NCBI GenBank assembly: GCA_951406725.2
Contig: OX597830.1
Span: 53,010,001-53,074,000 of the forward strand
Source: Octopus vulgaris
Taxonomy: Eukaryota
Length of the DNA: 64,000 nucleotides
Direction: 5' to 3'
Position numbers and translations under genes: made by a program. Below are positions 12,540 through 24,168 of the stretch, in pieces. The notes below the pieces were generated by a model. That model did no database searches. It worked only from the letters and a program-made list of their open reading frames with translations, and was not told where the DNA came from. The number at the start of each line of letters is the position of its first letter. Within the stretch, counting starts at the first letter, position 1.

Positions 12540-14740
12540 TAGGTACTCCTACTCTTTATCATAGTCCTCCAGGCCATAACGGAGAAATTCAAGACCAGAT
12601 ATGCATGGGAACTGCTATTTACCAATGATCTTGCTTCCATAGCAGAATCTATAACAGCACTAGAGAAGAAATTCCGGGTGTGGAAGCAAAACTTCAACTC
12701 AAGTAGCCTTGAAGTTAACTTAGCAAAGACCAAAGTCCTAGTAAGCAAGAAAACAGACAGAACCTTACCTAATTTAGGTAAATGGCCCTACTCAGTATGT
12801 GGGAAAGGTGTTGGCAGGAATTCCATTCAGTATATCCAGTGCAGTGGAATCACAGGAAGAATAAGAAAGAAAGTGGTGTTCATGTGTGAAAGATGCACAG
12901 GAGCCTTAGTCTTAAAATCTACAGACACACAAGAAATGAGTTTTGTCGAAGACCCTAGAGGTCGTAGATAATTTCTGTTACCTAGGTGACCTAATCATCA
13001 GTGGAGGAAGATGGTTTGAAAGTGTAATTGCTAGAATAAGAATAAAAAATATAAATGTGCCCTTTTAAAGCCTAGCCAGGCTCATGGGCCCGGTTTCAAT
13101 GGCATATGTGTTCCCCAGCTGGATGGGGCGCCAGTCCATTACAGTGTTACTCATTTTTTCCAGCTGAGTGGACTGGAGCAACATGAAATGAAGTGTTTTG
13201 CTCAAGAACACAATGTGTCACTCGGTCCAGGAATCGAAACCACAATCTTATGATCATGATGCTGACACCCTAGCCACTAAGCCATGTGCCTCCACAGAAT
13301 AAGAATAGGATGATAAAAATTCAGACAGCTTTTACCTCTGTTGGCAACCAAAGGAAGATTGTATAGTGCTTGTGTATGAACTGCAATGCTACATAGCAGA
13401 AAAACATGGGCCTTAAATGCAGAGGGCCCATGTAGATAAGAGAGAAATGAAGCTAGTATGCTCTACTATATGTGTAATATCAATATACATGTACAAGAGA
13501 GTGTTAGAGCATTGAGAGAAAAGTTAGACATAAAAGGAATCAGATGTAAGAGAGAAGACTGCACTGGTTTGGTCAGATGATGTGTATGGATAAGGACAGT
13601 TGCATAAAGAAGTGCCAATCACTTAAAAGTAGGTGGAACTTGTGGTTGAGGGAGACCCAGGAATACATGCAACAATGTATTGAGGACTGATCTCAAGATG
13701 TTGAGCCTTTAAGAGGAAATGGTAAAGAACCTAGATATCTGGCACCTTGCTGCACTTGAGAAAACCCACCCTCACAACAGAATCGATATCCTAAAACCAT
13801 CTTGTTAAATGCTTGTATGTGCAAAGTTCAACCCCACCTCCATCCTTTCTGCACTGTCAAGCTTCCCCTAACACTCATCACTTCTTTATCTCTGATATTA
13901 TTTGCTTACCATAACCATCTGAGAGCAGAATAGGCACACACACACTACACACACCTTTTGTTACCTTCCCCTCCCCAGAACCACCTCTACTCCTCATCTT
14001 TCTCCAGCCATGCAAAATTTGATCCTTAGAACCACCTCCATTCATCATTATCTTCCTCCATGCTCTTTCCTGTCTGCTCTACTCCATCCATCCTCACACC
14101 TCTTTCACCCCCCCCCCCCGATCTCTTTCAATGCCCACACACATATCCAACATAACCCCACTCCCTTAGCCATTCTTATATCTCTCACTTTCAATTGCTA
14201 CAGCCACCTACGTCCCATCTAACCATCACCCCCTCACATTCTTATCAAATTCTCCCACCTGTCCCCCTAACCAGTCCAATCCTTTGTATCACTTCACCTG
14301 TTGTCTCCTGCATTGTAACACATATCCACCACCATCTCTCCCACTCTCTCCATTTCTACCTTTCTCTCTAAGTCTCCTTCTCCACCCAGGATATCCTTGT
14401 ATCTCTTCTACAGCAAGACACCTATCTCTGTCCCTCTATTATTCTTTTAACTTCTCATCAACTGGCACAAAGCCACCTCCCTCAATACTACTTCCCCCAG
14501 TTGAGGGGACTTTGTCTTGTCTTGCAAGATATTTGATGACCCCCACCAGTACTGGTGCCATGGGGAAAAAGCACTCAGTACACTCTGTAAAATGTTTTGA
14601 CCTTTGGAAGGGTATCCAGCCATAGAAACCATGCCAAAACAGACAAATGAACTTCACACAGTCCCCTGGCTTGCCAGCTCTCATCAAACTGTCCAACCCA
14701 TGCCAGCATGGAGAACAGACGTTAAATGATGATGATGATG
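12540..14740 (+). mobile_element. Decayed 5'-truncated RTE/RTE-X-like LINE with 3' UTR and (ATG)n tail
   Basis: Frameshifted WELLFTNDLA...EKKFRVWKQ...VNLAKTKVL, a zinc-finger segment, FCYLGD and LHWFG...GRPR motifs. Ends in gttaa(atg)n at 14720-14740. Confidence 0.8.
13045..13295 (-). mobile_element. tRNA-derived SINE nested in the LINE
   Basis: Minus-strand head gtggaggcacatggcttagtggctag...ggtttcgattcc. A 12-bp TSD agaataagaata lies at 13033-13044 and 13296-13307. A related copy is at 26322-26560 (+). Confidence 0.85.
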
Positions 14741-15217
14741 AATATGCGTATGTATGTGTATTTTAGATATGTGTGTGTGTGCATGCATGTATGTGTCATT
14801 GTTTATGTTTGCATCCATGTTCTAAACTTAGGTTGTATCGAATCACTATGTCCTGTAACTGAAAGGTTTGAAAATGGAACGCAAAAAAATTCAATCGACA
14901 CAAGTGCTAGGGTCAGTTATGATCAACAAAACTGCTAAAAGCGAGCCCCCGGCAAGACCACATTCTAGTGACTGTAACTGTTAAAAGTATAAATGAATAA
15001 GACAAGTTTGGCTGTTAATAATGTCGAGCTTATTGAAAGGCAAACTGCAGAAACTATCCCACATTCCTTTTTCATAGGTATGGTTAAGAATTATATGAAG
15101 GCACTGAACCATGATTGAACTCACCATGACACACCCACTCGTACACACATTCATTCACATAAACTAACACACACACACACATTTACAGAATATACTCCTA
15201 TATATATATATATATAT

Positions 15218-15517
15218 GTGGAGGGCAATGGCCCCAGTGGTTAGGGCAGCAGACTTGCAGTCGTAGAATCGCTGTTTCAATTCTCAGACCGGGCGTTGTG
15301 AGTGTTTATTGAGCGAAAACATCTAAAGTTCCATGAGGCTCCGGCAGGTGGTGGTGATCCCTGCTATACTCTTTCGCCACAACTTTCTCTCACTCTTTCT
15401 TCTGCTGGCCTGCTCGTTTAGCCAGCGGAGTGGCCTCATTTGAAGGCTAAAACAATGCGAAGCGCATTGTGATCAGCGATGTGTAGCAACATCAGATAGC
15501 CTGGTCGGTCATGGTGA
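15218..15517 (+). mobile_element. tRNA-derived SINE inserted in (TA)n
   Basis: A-box-like tggccccagtggttaggg and B-box-like gtttcaattc, about 300 bp, flanked by TA microsatellite. Confidence 0.7.
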
Positions 15518-15562
15518 TATATATATATATATATATATATACATACACACACACACGCACAC

Positions 15563-15594
<32 letters not shown>

Positions 15595-16022
15595 GTATGA
15601 GCGAATAAAAAAATCTCTGTGTGATCAGTCAACCTGATAGAAATAGCAGCCAATTCCTCCTGTTGACACAGAGTCAGTATCCATCATAATGGTTGTCCAT
15701 GACAACATTAACAGACACCAACCAAACAAACATCACATTCTGGTAAATTAAAAATATATACAGACACATAAATCTGTCTGTTTCTCCCCCACCCCCCCAA
15801 TATATATATATGAAATCATCACCATTTGAATGTCCTCCTTTCCATATGGTCGCAGGGTAAATATATGCTCTCTCTCTCTCTCTGTGAGTATGTGTGTGTG
15901 TGTGTCATTAGGAATTTGTTTTTTTTATGTAAAGGCTGGAGCTATGTGGAATGATAATTCAATGTGGGGTAGGTAGACTATGGAATAGTAGTGTAGGAAG
16001 GGCAGAGAAAAGGAAGAAATTG

Positions 16023-16058
<36 letters not shown>

Positions 16059-16557
16059 CGTGTGTGTATGTAAGTAGGTATATGCATGTATATATGTTTG
16101 TACACATACATATCAGTATTGTCATTGCATAGATAGATAGACACGCAGACAGATAGGTAAATCATCATCATCATCATCATAATTTAATGTCCCTCTTCCA
16201 TACTGAAATAGGTTGGATGGTTTGACAGGAGCTAAGCAAGCCAAGAAATGCACCAGCTTCCATTGTCTCCTTTGGAATGATTTCCATGGTTAGATGCCAA
16301 CCACTTTGCAGAATGTAATGGATGCTCTTTATGTGACCCCAGCCCCAGTGCTTTTTGCATGGCACCAACATTAGTGGGGTTGCCAAGTAACTTACAAGAT
16401 GAAGACCTCTTGGCTGGGAGAAAAAATGGAATCAAGGGAGGCAGCATTATGCCAGTTGATAAGTTAAAGTAATAGGGGGTTAGAAATGGGTATCTTACTA
16501 TAGAGGAGATATTTGGCTACCCCAATAAGAAAAGGATATATATATATACACACACAC

Positions 16558-16745
16558 ACGAGGGGGTACAGGAAAGTTCCTGGCTTTAAGAATGTCACAA
16601 AAGGCCTGGTTGGAGGTCCAATTTCTAAGGTCTTTCACAGGACCTTAGGAAAACTGAAGGACCGCTGCAATAAACGCAATCATAATTGACTGATCCTTCT
16701 GTATTTTCTTTTAGCCAGAGCCAGGAACTTTTCAGCATCTCCTCG
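16558..16745. mobile_element. mariner-derived MITE
   Basis: TIRs acgagggggtacaggaaagttcctggct and agccaggaacttttcagcatctcctcgt. Confidence 0.75.
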
Positions 16746-16771
16746 TGTGTGCGTGTGCGTGTGTGTGTGTG

Positions 16772-18114
16772 CACTGCGTTTCAAATTATTAACGACACAA
16801 CATTTTATTTTTAATTTGTTTAAAAACTACTCGTTGGAATTGAACCAAATTTTCACAGAATGATGATAACAGTTATATGTGCATGGTGTGAGATTTCGTA
16901 AAACAACACAGAAACTACGACCATTTACCAAATTAACGTAAACTTTCACTGTTTCAAATTATTAGCAAGGTGTAATTAAAATTCATGTAAACAAGAAAAT
17001 ACCAATTTCATTGTTTGATGTACATACTGAAATGAACACATACAGTCATAAAAATGGAAGAAATAGAAATAAACAAATAAACAGCGTTCAAAAATGATAG
17101 GTGAGCTGGTTTGTAAGGGGTGGATGATCCTTTGTTTGAAATAAGTTAGGAAAAGCGCTGGTCCATGGAACGTACTAATTTCTGGATTTCCTCTAGTGTT
17201 ATACCGCAAGATACAGCTACTATTGCTTGTCAAAGTTCATCTTTGCTCCTAAATTGGGGTCCATTCTCGTAAACTCGACGCTTTAGAATACTCCACAAGT
17301 TTTCTATCGGGATTAAGTCGAGGAAAACAGGCAGGCAACAATTAGGTCCACAGAAACCTAATTATTGCAGATAGATACTCCATGGTTTTCTTCGCTAAGT
17401 GCGAGGGCGCATTATCTTGCATGAATCAGACGATTTTGTATGTGTATTGGATCTTTACCTATTGACCGGCAGATTTAGAAAATAATTTTTTGTAACTTAA
17501 ACACTTTCAAACTTCGTATACTGAGCCGGTCATTAGGTAAAGATCCTGTGTATTTTGTTTAAAGGAGGCCTTTAACTGATGTCACTGGTTTACCGACCTT
17601 TTTCAGAAGATAACATCGGGTAGTTCTGGACACAGCTGTTTAGCCAATGCGCTTGAAAAGTTCTCCTCCCACAGAGTTTTCTTCACAGCTTCATGCTTAA
17701 TTCGTGACAGAGAGCGCTGAGAAACAGCCCTCGACGGATCCTTCTCGGCTCTCTTACGTATCTACGTAGAATTTGTAACAACCTTTTCCACAATTTGGTG
17801 ATATCTTCCAATTATTTTAGATATTTGTAATGTTGATTTACCTTTTGCAAGTTCAGAAGTAATAATAGATTTTTCTGAAGCAGTTAAGTCACATTTACGA
17901 TCCATAATTATCAGACTACTCGTTAATACTTTGGAACAAATGAAAGTTTGTGGAAATCATACAAATGACAGCTGTTTGTTTACACTTGCGCAAAACACAC
18001 CACGCACCTACAACTGTTGCCATCATTTTGGGGATATTTCGTTGAATATCCCAACGAGTAGTTTTTAAATAAAAATTTTAGGATGTTACGTCGTTAATAA
18101 TTTGAAATACATTG
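16772..18114 (-). mobile_element. Tc1-like DNA transposon, internally deleted, with a pseudogenised transposase
   Basis: TIRs of about 65 bp (cactgcgtttcaaattattaacgac...aaaaactactcgttgg at 16772; reverse copy ending 18114, followed by TA). The minus strand encodes MDRKCDLTASEKSIITSELAKGKSTLQISKIIGR (HTH) near 17904 and FMQDNAPSH near 17430. Confidence 0.85.
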
Positions 18115-18128
18115 TATGTATATGTGTG

Positions 18129-18159
<31 letters not shown>

Positions 18160-18169
18160 TCTTTTTTTA

Positions 18170-18362
18170 GATTCCCCGCGAAAGTAAAGAATACATACAC
18201 CCGGTGGTTACTGTTAGGGTTTAGGGGCGAAAGTAAAGGATACGTACACCTGGTGACTAGGGTTAGGGTTAGGGGTTAGGAGCGAATACGTAAGCCCGGT
18301 GATTAAGATTAGGGTTTTTGATACGCCGAAAACGGGTGGTGTACGTATTTTTTACCAACGCC
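18170..18362. repeat. Repeat with internal duplication and TTAGGG-like runs
   Basis: gcgaaagtaaag.atac.tacacc.ggtg occurs twice, along with tagggttagggttaggggttagg. Confidence 0.6.
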
Positions 18363-18454
18363 TATAATATATATAGAGAGACAGACAAATAGATGGCTGT
18401 ATACATACATAAATATATACATACATACAACATATACATGCATATTATGTACGT

Positions 18455-18506
<52 letters not shown>

Positions 18507-19029
18507 GCAAACGAGAATGAATATATAAATATAGAGGTCTGTAGATGGTTCTAGTAATTTCTCTCAATAAAATTCACTACGTATACACGTGCACATATTA
18601 GTCATACGCATACTGTTGACAACCACAAATACACATGACATACAATTCTTTTCTTTATTTATGCTTAAATATATACATAAGAGTGAGAAGAAGGAAGAAA
18701 GAAACCAATTCACCACCCATAGGTTGAACATTTGCGGGGGCACTGGGAAACCTCTCTAATGACCAACCATCTGGCAGGTGTGACATTTTTCTAGAATTAT
18801 TGCCCTCACTTCCTAACTTGAATCAAACAAAATTAGTCACTGGCCATAATCATGAGTTGTAACGATTACTTAGTCTGTTAGGAAACAATAGACATTTCTT
18901 CTTGTGAAATGAGTCACTATTCATAATGAATATCCACAAGAGAATGGTCTACTATCAGACATTCTTATATTCCTTGAAATTGAAAATCTCTTTTCTATCC
19001 CACCCTTTCTCTCTATATATATTTTATGT

Positions 19030-19790
19030 TTCGTTGCTGCTACTATAGGGGCTGCCAAGCCTGCCATTGTGGGCGTTGTTAGTCCCCTTTAAGGCTGGTG
19101 TTAATGTTAGTGGTGCCGTTGGTCCTGCTAATGTTGGTACAGCCAACGCAGTCCGCTGCGGCGATGGTGGCGGCGTTGCTGGTTCTGTCCACGTGTCGAC
19201 GGCTTATATTGGTCCTGCCGGTAGAATTGGCTGGGTTATCTACGACCCCTTTGGTTTCACAGCGGCCTTCTACAGGGCAACTGTTGCGGATCCTGCACGC
19301 TCGAAAACCCCCCCCCCCCCCCCACATCAACGGGACGAAACGTTGCAAGTTATGCATAGCTGAACGCACGAGAATCCTAAAAGACTCACTCGAACCAGGG
19401 GCCATACTTAACTCCAGGACGGAGATTTTCGGGCCATCTTTACATTTTAGGAGATTCCTGCTAGCATTTTGGAATCTGCAAGATAGCGGAACAGCCGGAA
19501 GTCGATAGCCACTGAGAAAGAGAGATAATCCCCTAGCGTTTACCCATGCAGCTGAATGATGGCGATACGGCTGGATACCGATGGTCATTAGTCGATAGCC
19601 ATTGGCAAAAGGAGATAATCCCCTTGCTTACATTTGTAACGAGGCTTTTCCCGTCCATATTTTAAAGAGGTCTTGGTGTCTGACGATACGCCATAAAGTT
19701 AAACCCTATATGGACGGAAAACCCAGGATAACCCCATAAACTGGCCTTCCCCTGTAAAAAACATAGACTGCTCTACTTCTTAGAGTGTAC
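19030..19790 (+). mobile_element. Penelope-like retroelement fragment (GIY-YIG C-terminus and 3' region)
   Basis: ORF 19098..19508 ends with ...INGTKRCKLCIAERTRI...AILNSRTEIFGPSLHFRRF, matching the Penelope endonuclease C-terminal CxLCxxE...LNxRxE...H pattern. A direct repeat of about 40 bp lies at 19500 and 19590. Confidence 0.7.
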
Positions 19791-19913
19791 TTTTCTGGAT
19801 TTATGTTTTCTAAAAACGATATATATATATACATATATATATATGTAGGTCCCGGGTTGATTCGGGGTTAACCACAGTAAATAAGGTACTCAATACATAG
19901 CAGAGTAAAATTC

Positions 19914-19964
19914 AGGTTCCTGAAGATTTCTCTTGAATGAAACAGTTCTAGTCCTGTAGAAGCT
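19914..19964 (+). ncRNA. Type I hammerhead ribozyme candidate
   Basis: Stem I AGGTTC/GAAGCT (5 of 6 pairs), core CTGAAGA at 19920-19926, stem II TTC/GAA with loop TCTT and a T-T base, GAAAC at 19939-19943, stem III ACAG/CTGT, and a GTA triplet predicting cleavage after 19958. Confidence 0.65.
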
Positions 19965-19979
19965 CCTTCTATATAATAA

Positions 19980-20018
<39 letters not shown>

Positions 20019-20230
20019 TAAACCCGTATATATGTGTGTGTGTGTATATACATATACTTGTATGTATGTAAGTAAATGTAAGGATAAGCAAGTTAGACAA
20101 ATAAATATATAAAGTATATTAAATACATGAAAGGCAAAAAATGTATAAATGTATACATATAAAAAGGTCCGACTTACATAGAATACAGATGATATAGGGG
20201 ATTAAAGGGGATGATGACCAGTGTTACAAA

Positions 20231-20322
20231 TCCAACAGTTGTTTCTGGGGACTCAGTGGTCCATGATAATGTTTGTAGATTGATTCCATCATAGGATGAG
20301 ACGGGCCTCCATTTTCAGGGAA
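20231..20322 (-). ncRNA. Degenerate hammerhead motif
   Basis: The minus strand reads tcc-CTGAAAA-tgg...cca-GAAAC-aact-GTT-gga, with G8 mutated. Confidence 0.4.
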
Positions 20323-21211
20323 GAGATCTCACATTTGATTCCATCTTCGAACTTCTTTCCTTATAACATCTCAAATGTAAGAACAGTATCAAACTAGCTA
20401 GTTTCAACTCAATGATTTTTAATTTCTAGTTCATGTAGATTTTTTATTTTTTAGTTTTTGTAGTTGTTTTAGATTTTAGTTTTCTTAGTTTGTAATTTTA
20501 AGTTTAACTTTTAAATTTTAGTTTTGAGTTTTAATCTTAATTCTTAATCCTTTACTTCATATTCAATTGCTATTAAGCTTGAAATGGAATTTTAAATATC
20601 TGCACTAACCTATTGACCTTACCTAGATTATAACCTTCCATTCTGACTCTACTGAAACTTTAATGTTTGACCTCTAACCCCCATACAATACTATATCATT
20701 ACCTTTACTTTTTATTTATTTTTATTCTTATTCTCATTTATTTATCCTGTAACCTCTATCTTATTTTATTTTTATCCCCTTTCTCCTCTCTCCCATACAA
20801 ACTCTCTCACAAAACTCATTTATGATATATCTATCATTACCTTTTTTTTACCCTATTACCACTATCTTATTTTTTATTCCTACTTCCTATCTCTCTTTCT
20901 CCTCTCTTTCTATCTCTCTCAAACACCCACTCACAAAACCCATTTATGTCCATCATACTTTCTATATACACATTTACAATATGTATACATCATTCAAAGT
21001 ACTGCCAAAATACTGCCTGGATTTACTTGGGATTTTAACTACAGACCTGTACTTTGATCGAAGTACCAACCAACTTCCATATCTTTCGGAAAAAGATGAA
21101 TTGTGAACATTATTCTCCTGCTTATATTCTCCTAACTACATTTACGCCTTTACTCTTCTATTTTATTCCTTATAAACTGTGAATTTCCCCTGTCTAAAAT
21201 ATTCACACCTT

Positions 21212-21287
21212 GTCTCTGATTACAGAATGCCCAGTGCATGGACATGCTTACCTACCATTTGGGTTATCGCAGAAACAGCTTTAAGAC
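21212..21287 (+). ncRNA. Degenerate hammerhead motif at the end of a Penelope-type AT-rich repeat
   Basis: gtct-CTGATTA-(gcccag/ttgggt stem II)-GAAAC-agct-TTA-agac. Stem I gtct/agac is intact; there are two core substitutions relative to CTGATGA and GTA. Confidence 0.5.
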
Positions 21288-21480
21288 TTCAAATAAAATT
21301 ATTCTAAACGGCTTGACATACTCATTTTGCTTTGGTTTTGATTTTTCTTTTAATATAATATATACATGCTATAATGGAACATCCAAGTTCCCCAGTTTTA
21401 TCCAGTGTATCAGTGAAAAACCAAAGATGTTAGCTTCGCATTGATGGATATGGGTTTGCTATTTTTATATATTAGAAAAA

Positions 21481-21725
21481 AAAAAAAAAGAAAATGGAGA
21501 AATTGACATATAGACAATTAATTCATTAGAACATAATACAATTCTGAACAATATCAAACACAATTTCACCTACAATTTTTTCCATGTCCAATTACTTCAA
21601 TTTGAGAAACTACATTAAATTAAATTAAATTCCCAGGTGAAATTGAGTTTAATGTTGTTCAGAATCGTATTATGTTCTAATCAATTAATGTCTATATGTC
21701 AATTTCTCCATTTTCTTCTTTTTTT
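21481..21725. repeat. Fold-back element with inverted arms of about 90 bp
   Basis: gaaaatggagaaattgacatatagac...caatttcacct (to 21571) versus aggtgaaattg...gtctatatgtcaatttctccattttc (from 21635). A single-arm fragment lies at about 49953-49990. Confidence 0.85.
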
Positions 21726-21739
21726 GTTATATGAGGGGT

Positions 21740-22255
21740 TTATTTCACTTGTGATCTAAACAAATAGGTATGCTGGGTAAGTGTTATAGCAAGTCGAGCG
21801 TTAGGTTCCAAGATCACAGCTAAGGTTTGATCTAGGGATGCACCATAAATGTTCAATAATATTGATATCTGGGGACTGTGGTGGCCAGATAAGATGTTCA
21901 ACTTCACTAGAATGTTCCTCATGCCATAACTTTAGCTGTGTGATTTTGTGCAGTATCATCCTGAAAGGTTGTGTTTCCCTCCAGAAACAGTTCTGCAACC
22001 ATAGGATGAATTTGGTCAGATAAAATACTTAAACAGTCCTGACTATTAATTCTGCCATTAAGGGAAACCCTTTGTATGGCAAATTTCCAAGATATAACCC
22101 CATAGATCATCACAAATCCTCCTCCATGTCTAACAGTTAGAAGAAGGTAGTCTAGGTCAAATGCTTCTTTTGGTTGTTGCCACACATATACTCGGCTGGT
22201 GATCGGAAATAAGGTAAAGGATGAGTCATCTGAGAAAATAACATTCTTCCGGTGC
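21740..22255 (-). mobile_element. Tc1 transposase DDE-domain fragment
   Basis: ORF track: VIFSDDSSFTLF...TVRHGGGFVMIYG...FQDD..HTAK and, after a frameshift, WPPQSPDINIIEHLW. Confidence 0.9.
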
Positions 22256-22261
22256 TCTAGG

Positions 22262-22457
22262 GACTGGCCCCATGCCGGTGGCACGTAAAAGCACCCACTA
22301 CACTCTAGGAGTGGTTGGCATTAGGAAGAGCATCCAGCAGTAGAAACTTTGCCAGATCAAGATTGAAGCCTGGTGCAGCCATCTGGTTCGCCAGCCCTCA
22401 GTTAAATCGTCCAACCCATGCTAGCATGGAAAGTGGACATTAAACGATGATGATGAT
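22262..22457 (+). mobile_element. RTE-type 3' tail repeat (family B)
   Basis: ggcacgtaaaagcacccactacactc...ttaaac(gat)n, inserted into the Tc1 fragment. Confidence 0.8.
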
Positions 22458-22489
22458 ATATATATATATATATAGGGGAGGGGGAGGTA

Positions 22490-23725
22490 AGAAGAAAAAT
22501 AAGTGAAAATGCACATTGGAAATCAAAAAAAGTAAAGGCTTTTTATGAAAAGTAACGAAAGATATATATACAATTAGGTGAACTGAGGTAGGAATAAAAG
22601 TATAAAAGTCATTATTGTGAACTGTTAAAGAAATTTAAAAGCATACCAGTTTCTTAAATGTACTAATCATTGCTTTGAATGCACACCGATTAATGAACAG
22701 TGTCAGGTCTACTAGTCCCTGAGTAAAAGGATTATGTGTAAGGGAGGTAAGTAGTTCTGGATTTGGTGCAATTAGGGTAGATATAGATCTGTAATGTGAA
22801 TGGTGTATGGGATGTATGGGGGTTAGTGGTATTAATTGAAAGGTTAGTAGTGTTCTGTATTATGTTATGTGTTCATATTGAGTTGTGGAAGATATTTATT
22901 GATGAAAGTTGCCTCTTTATTCATTCTTTGTTGTACTGAGGTGTTCTGTGAACATTGATAGAAGGGGAAAATTAGGAAATTAGGATTAAGATTCCTAGCA
23001 CACCTTTCTATGTATTCACTAACGTGTATCTGTCAGTATTGTGGGTGGCGGATTTCTTTGTGGAGAGTGGTTCTTTGACGGAGTGATATTCCTGTTTGGC
23101 CAATATAATTATTACCACACTCTAAGCATGTAATGGCATAAATTAGATTTTCCAAGGCACAGGTGAAATTTTATTTAAACTTAAATATTTCACCTTGTCT
23201 AAAGTGGAATTCTGAACCCTCCAAAAGGTAGGGGCATGTACTATAGTTAGGTCGACCACATTTTTTCACTTTTGGTTCTGTTGTTAATGGATATAGTCTT
23301 GCGCTGGTTAATATTTTTTTCAATAATTTAGGTTACATTTTGCTTTTGATGATTTTGTGTGACCTTAAAATTTTGTTCATTGTTTTATCTCCTGTGAGGA
23401 TGGGAAGATTTTGGGTGATAATGTTGAAGGCTTCGTTGTTTCTAGGGTGGAAATGTACGGGAGTATTTTTAAGTCTGGTTTAGTATTTCGATTCACTTCC
23501 CTTAATGTTTGTATATCTATTTCCATAGCTCATTTAATGCCATCATTTATCAATTTAAGAAACCGGTGTGCTTTTGAATCTCTTTAACAATTCACAATAA
23601 TAACTTTTATTACTTTTATTCCTACCTCAATTCAACTAATTGTATGTATCTATCATTACTCTTCATAAAAAGCCTTTACTTTTTTTGATTTCCAATGTGT
23701 ATTTTCACTTATTTTTCTTCTTAAT
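22490..23725 (-). mobile_element. Penelope-like element with a GIY-YIG endonuclease remnant and inverted terminal repeats of about 170 bp
   Basis: The minus strand near 23170-23035 reads NFTCALENLIYAITCLECGNNYIGQTGISLRQR, preceded by a CGRPNYSTCPY zinc-knuckle-like segment. 22490-22660 is the reverse complement of 23555-23722. Confidence 0.85.
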
Positions 23726-24123
23726 TTCCCTTACATTTCCACGTGTAGTTTCTATTTTCTTTTTGTAACATATTTCTATTATATATATATACACACACAC
23801 ACATACACACACATATATACAAATATACTAATAACACCTTTGTTTACACCTGTCCTCTGTTTTGTCTTTTTTTGTCTTGTTAATTACTTCATATATATGA
23901 ACATCATCATCATATAAAAATATATATATATGTATACATACATACATATATTTATATACACATACACACACGTATGTATATAAATATATATATAGAGAGA
24001 GAGGAGGATAGGGAGAGAAGAAGAGCTGCATAAATATTTTATTACTTCCTTATATAGATAGATCTAAAAACTTCTCTTAATATGATTGGCTAATACATAT
24101 GTATGCTTGTGTGTATGTATGTA

Positions 24124-24168
<45 letters not shown>

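Noticed and set aside
19079-19588. 169-aa minus-strand ORF and overlapping ORFs
   Set aside because: GC-rich sequence within the Penelope fragment, with no evidence of a host gene.
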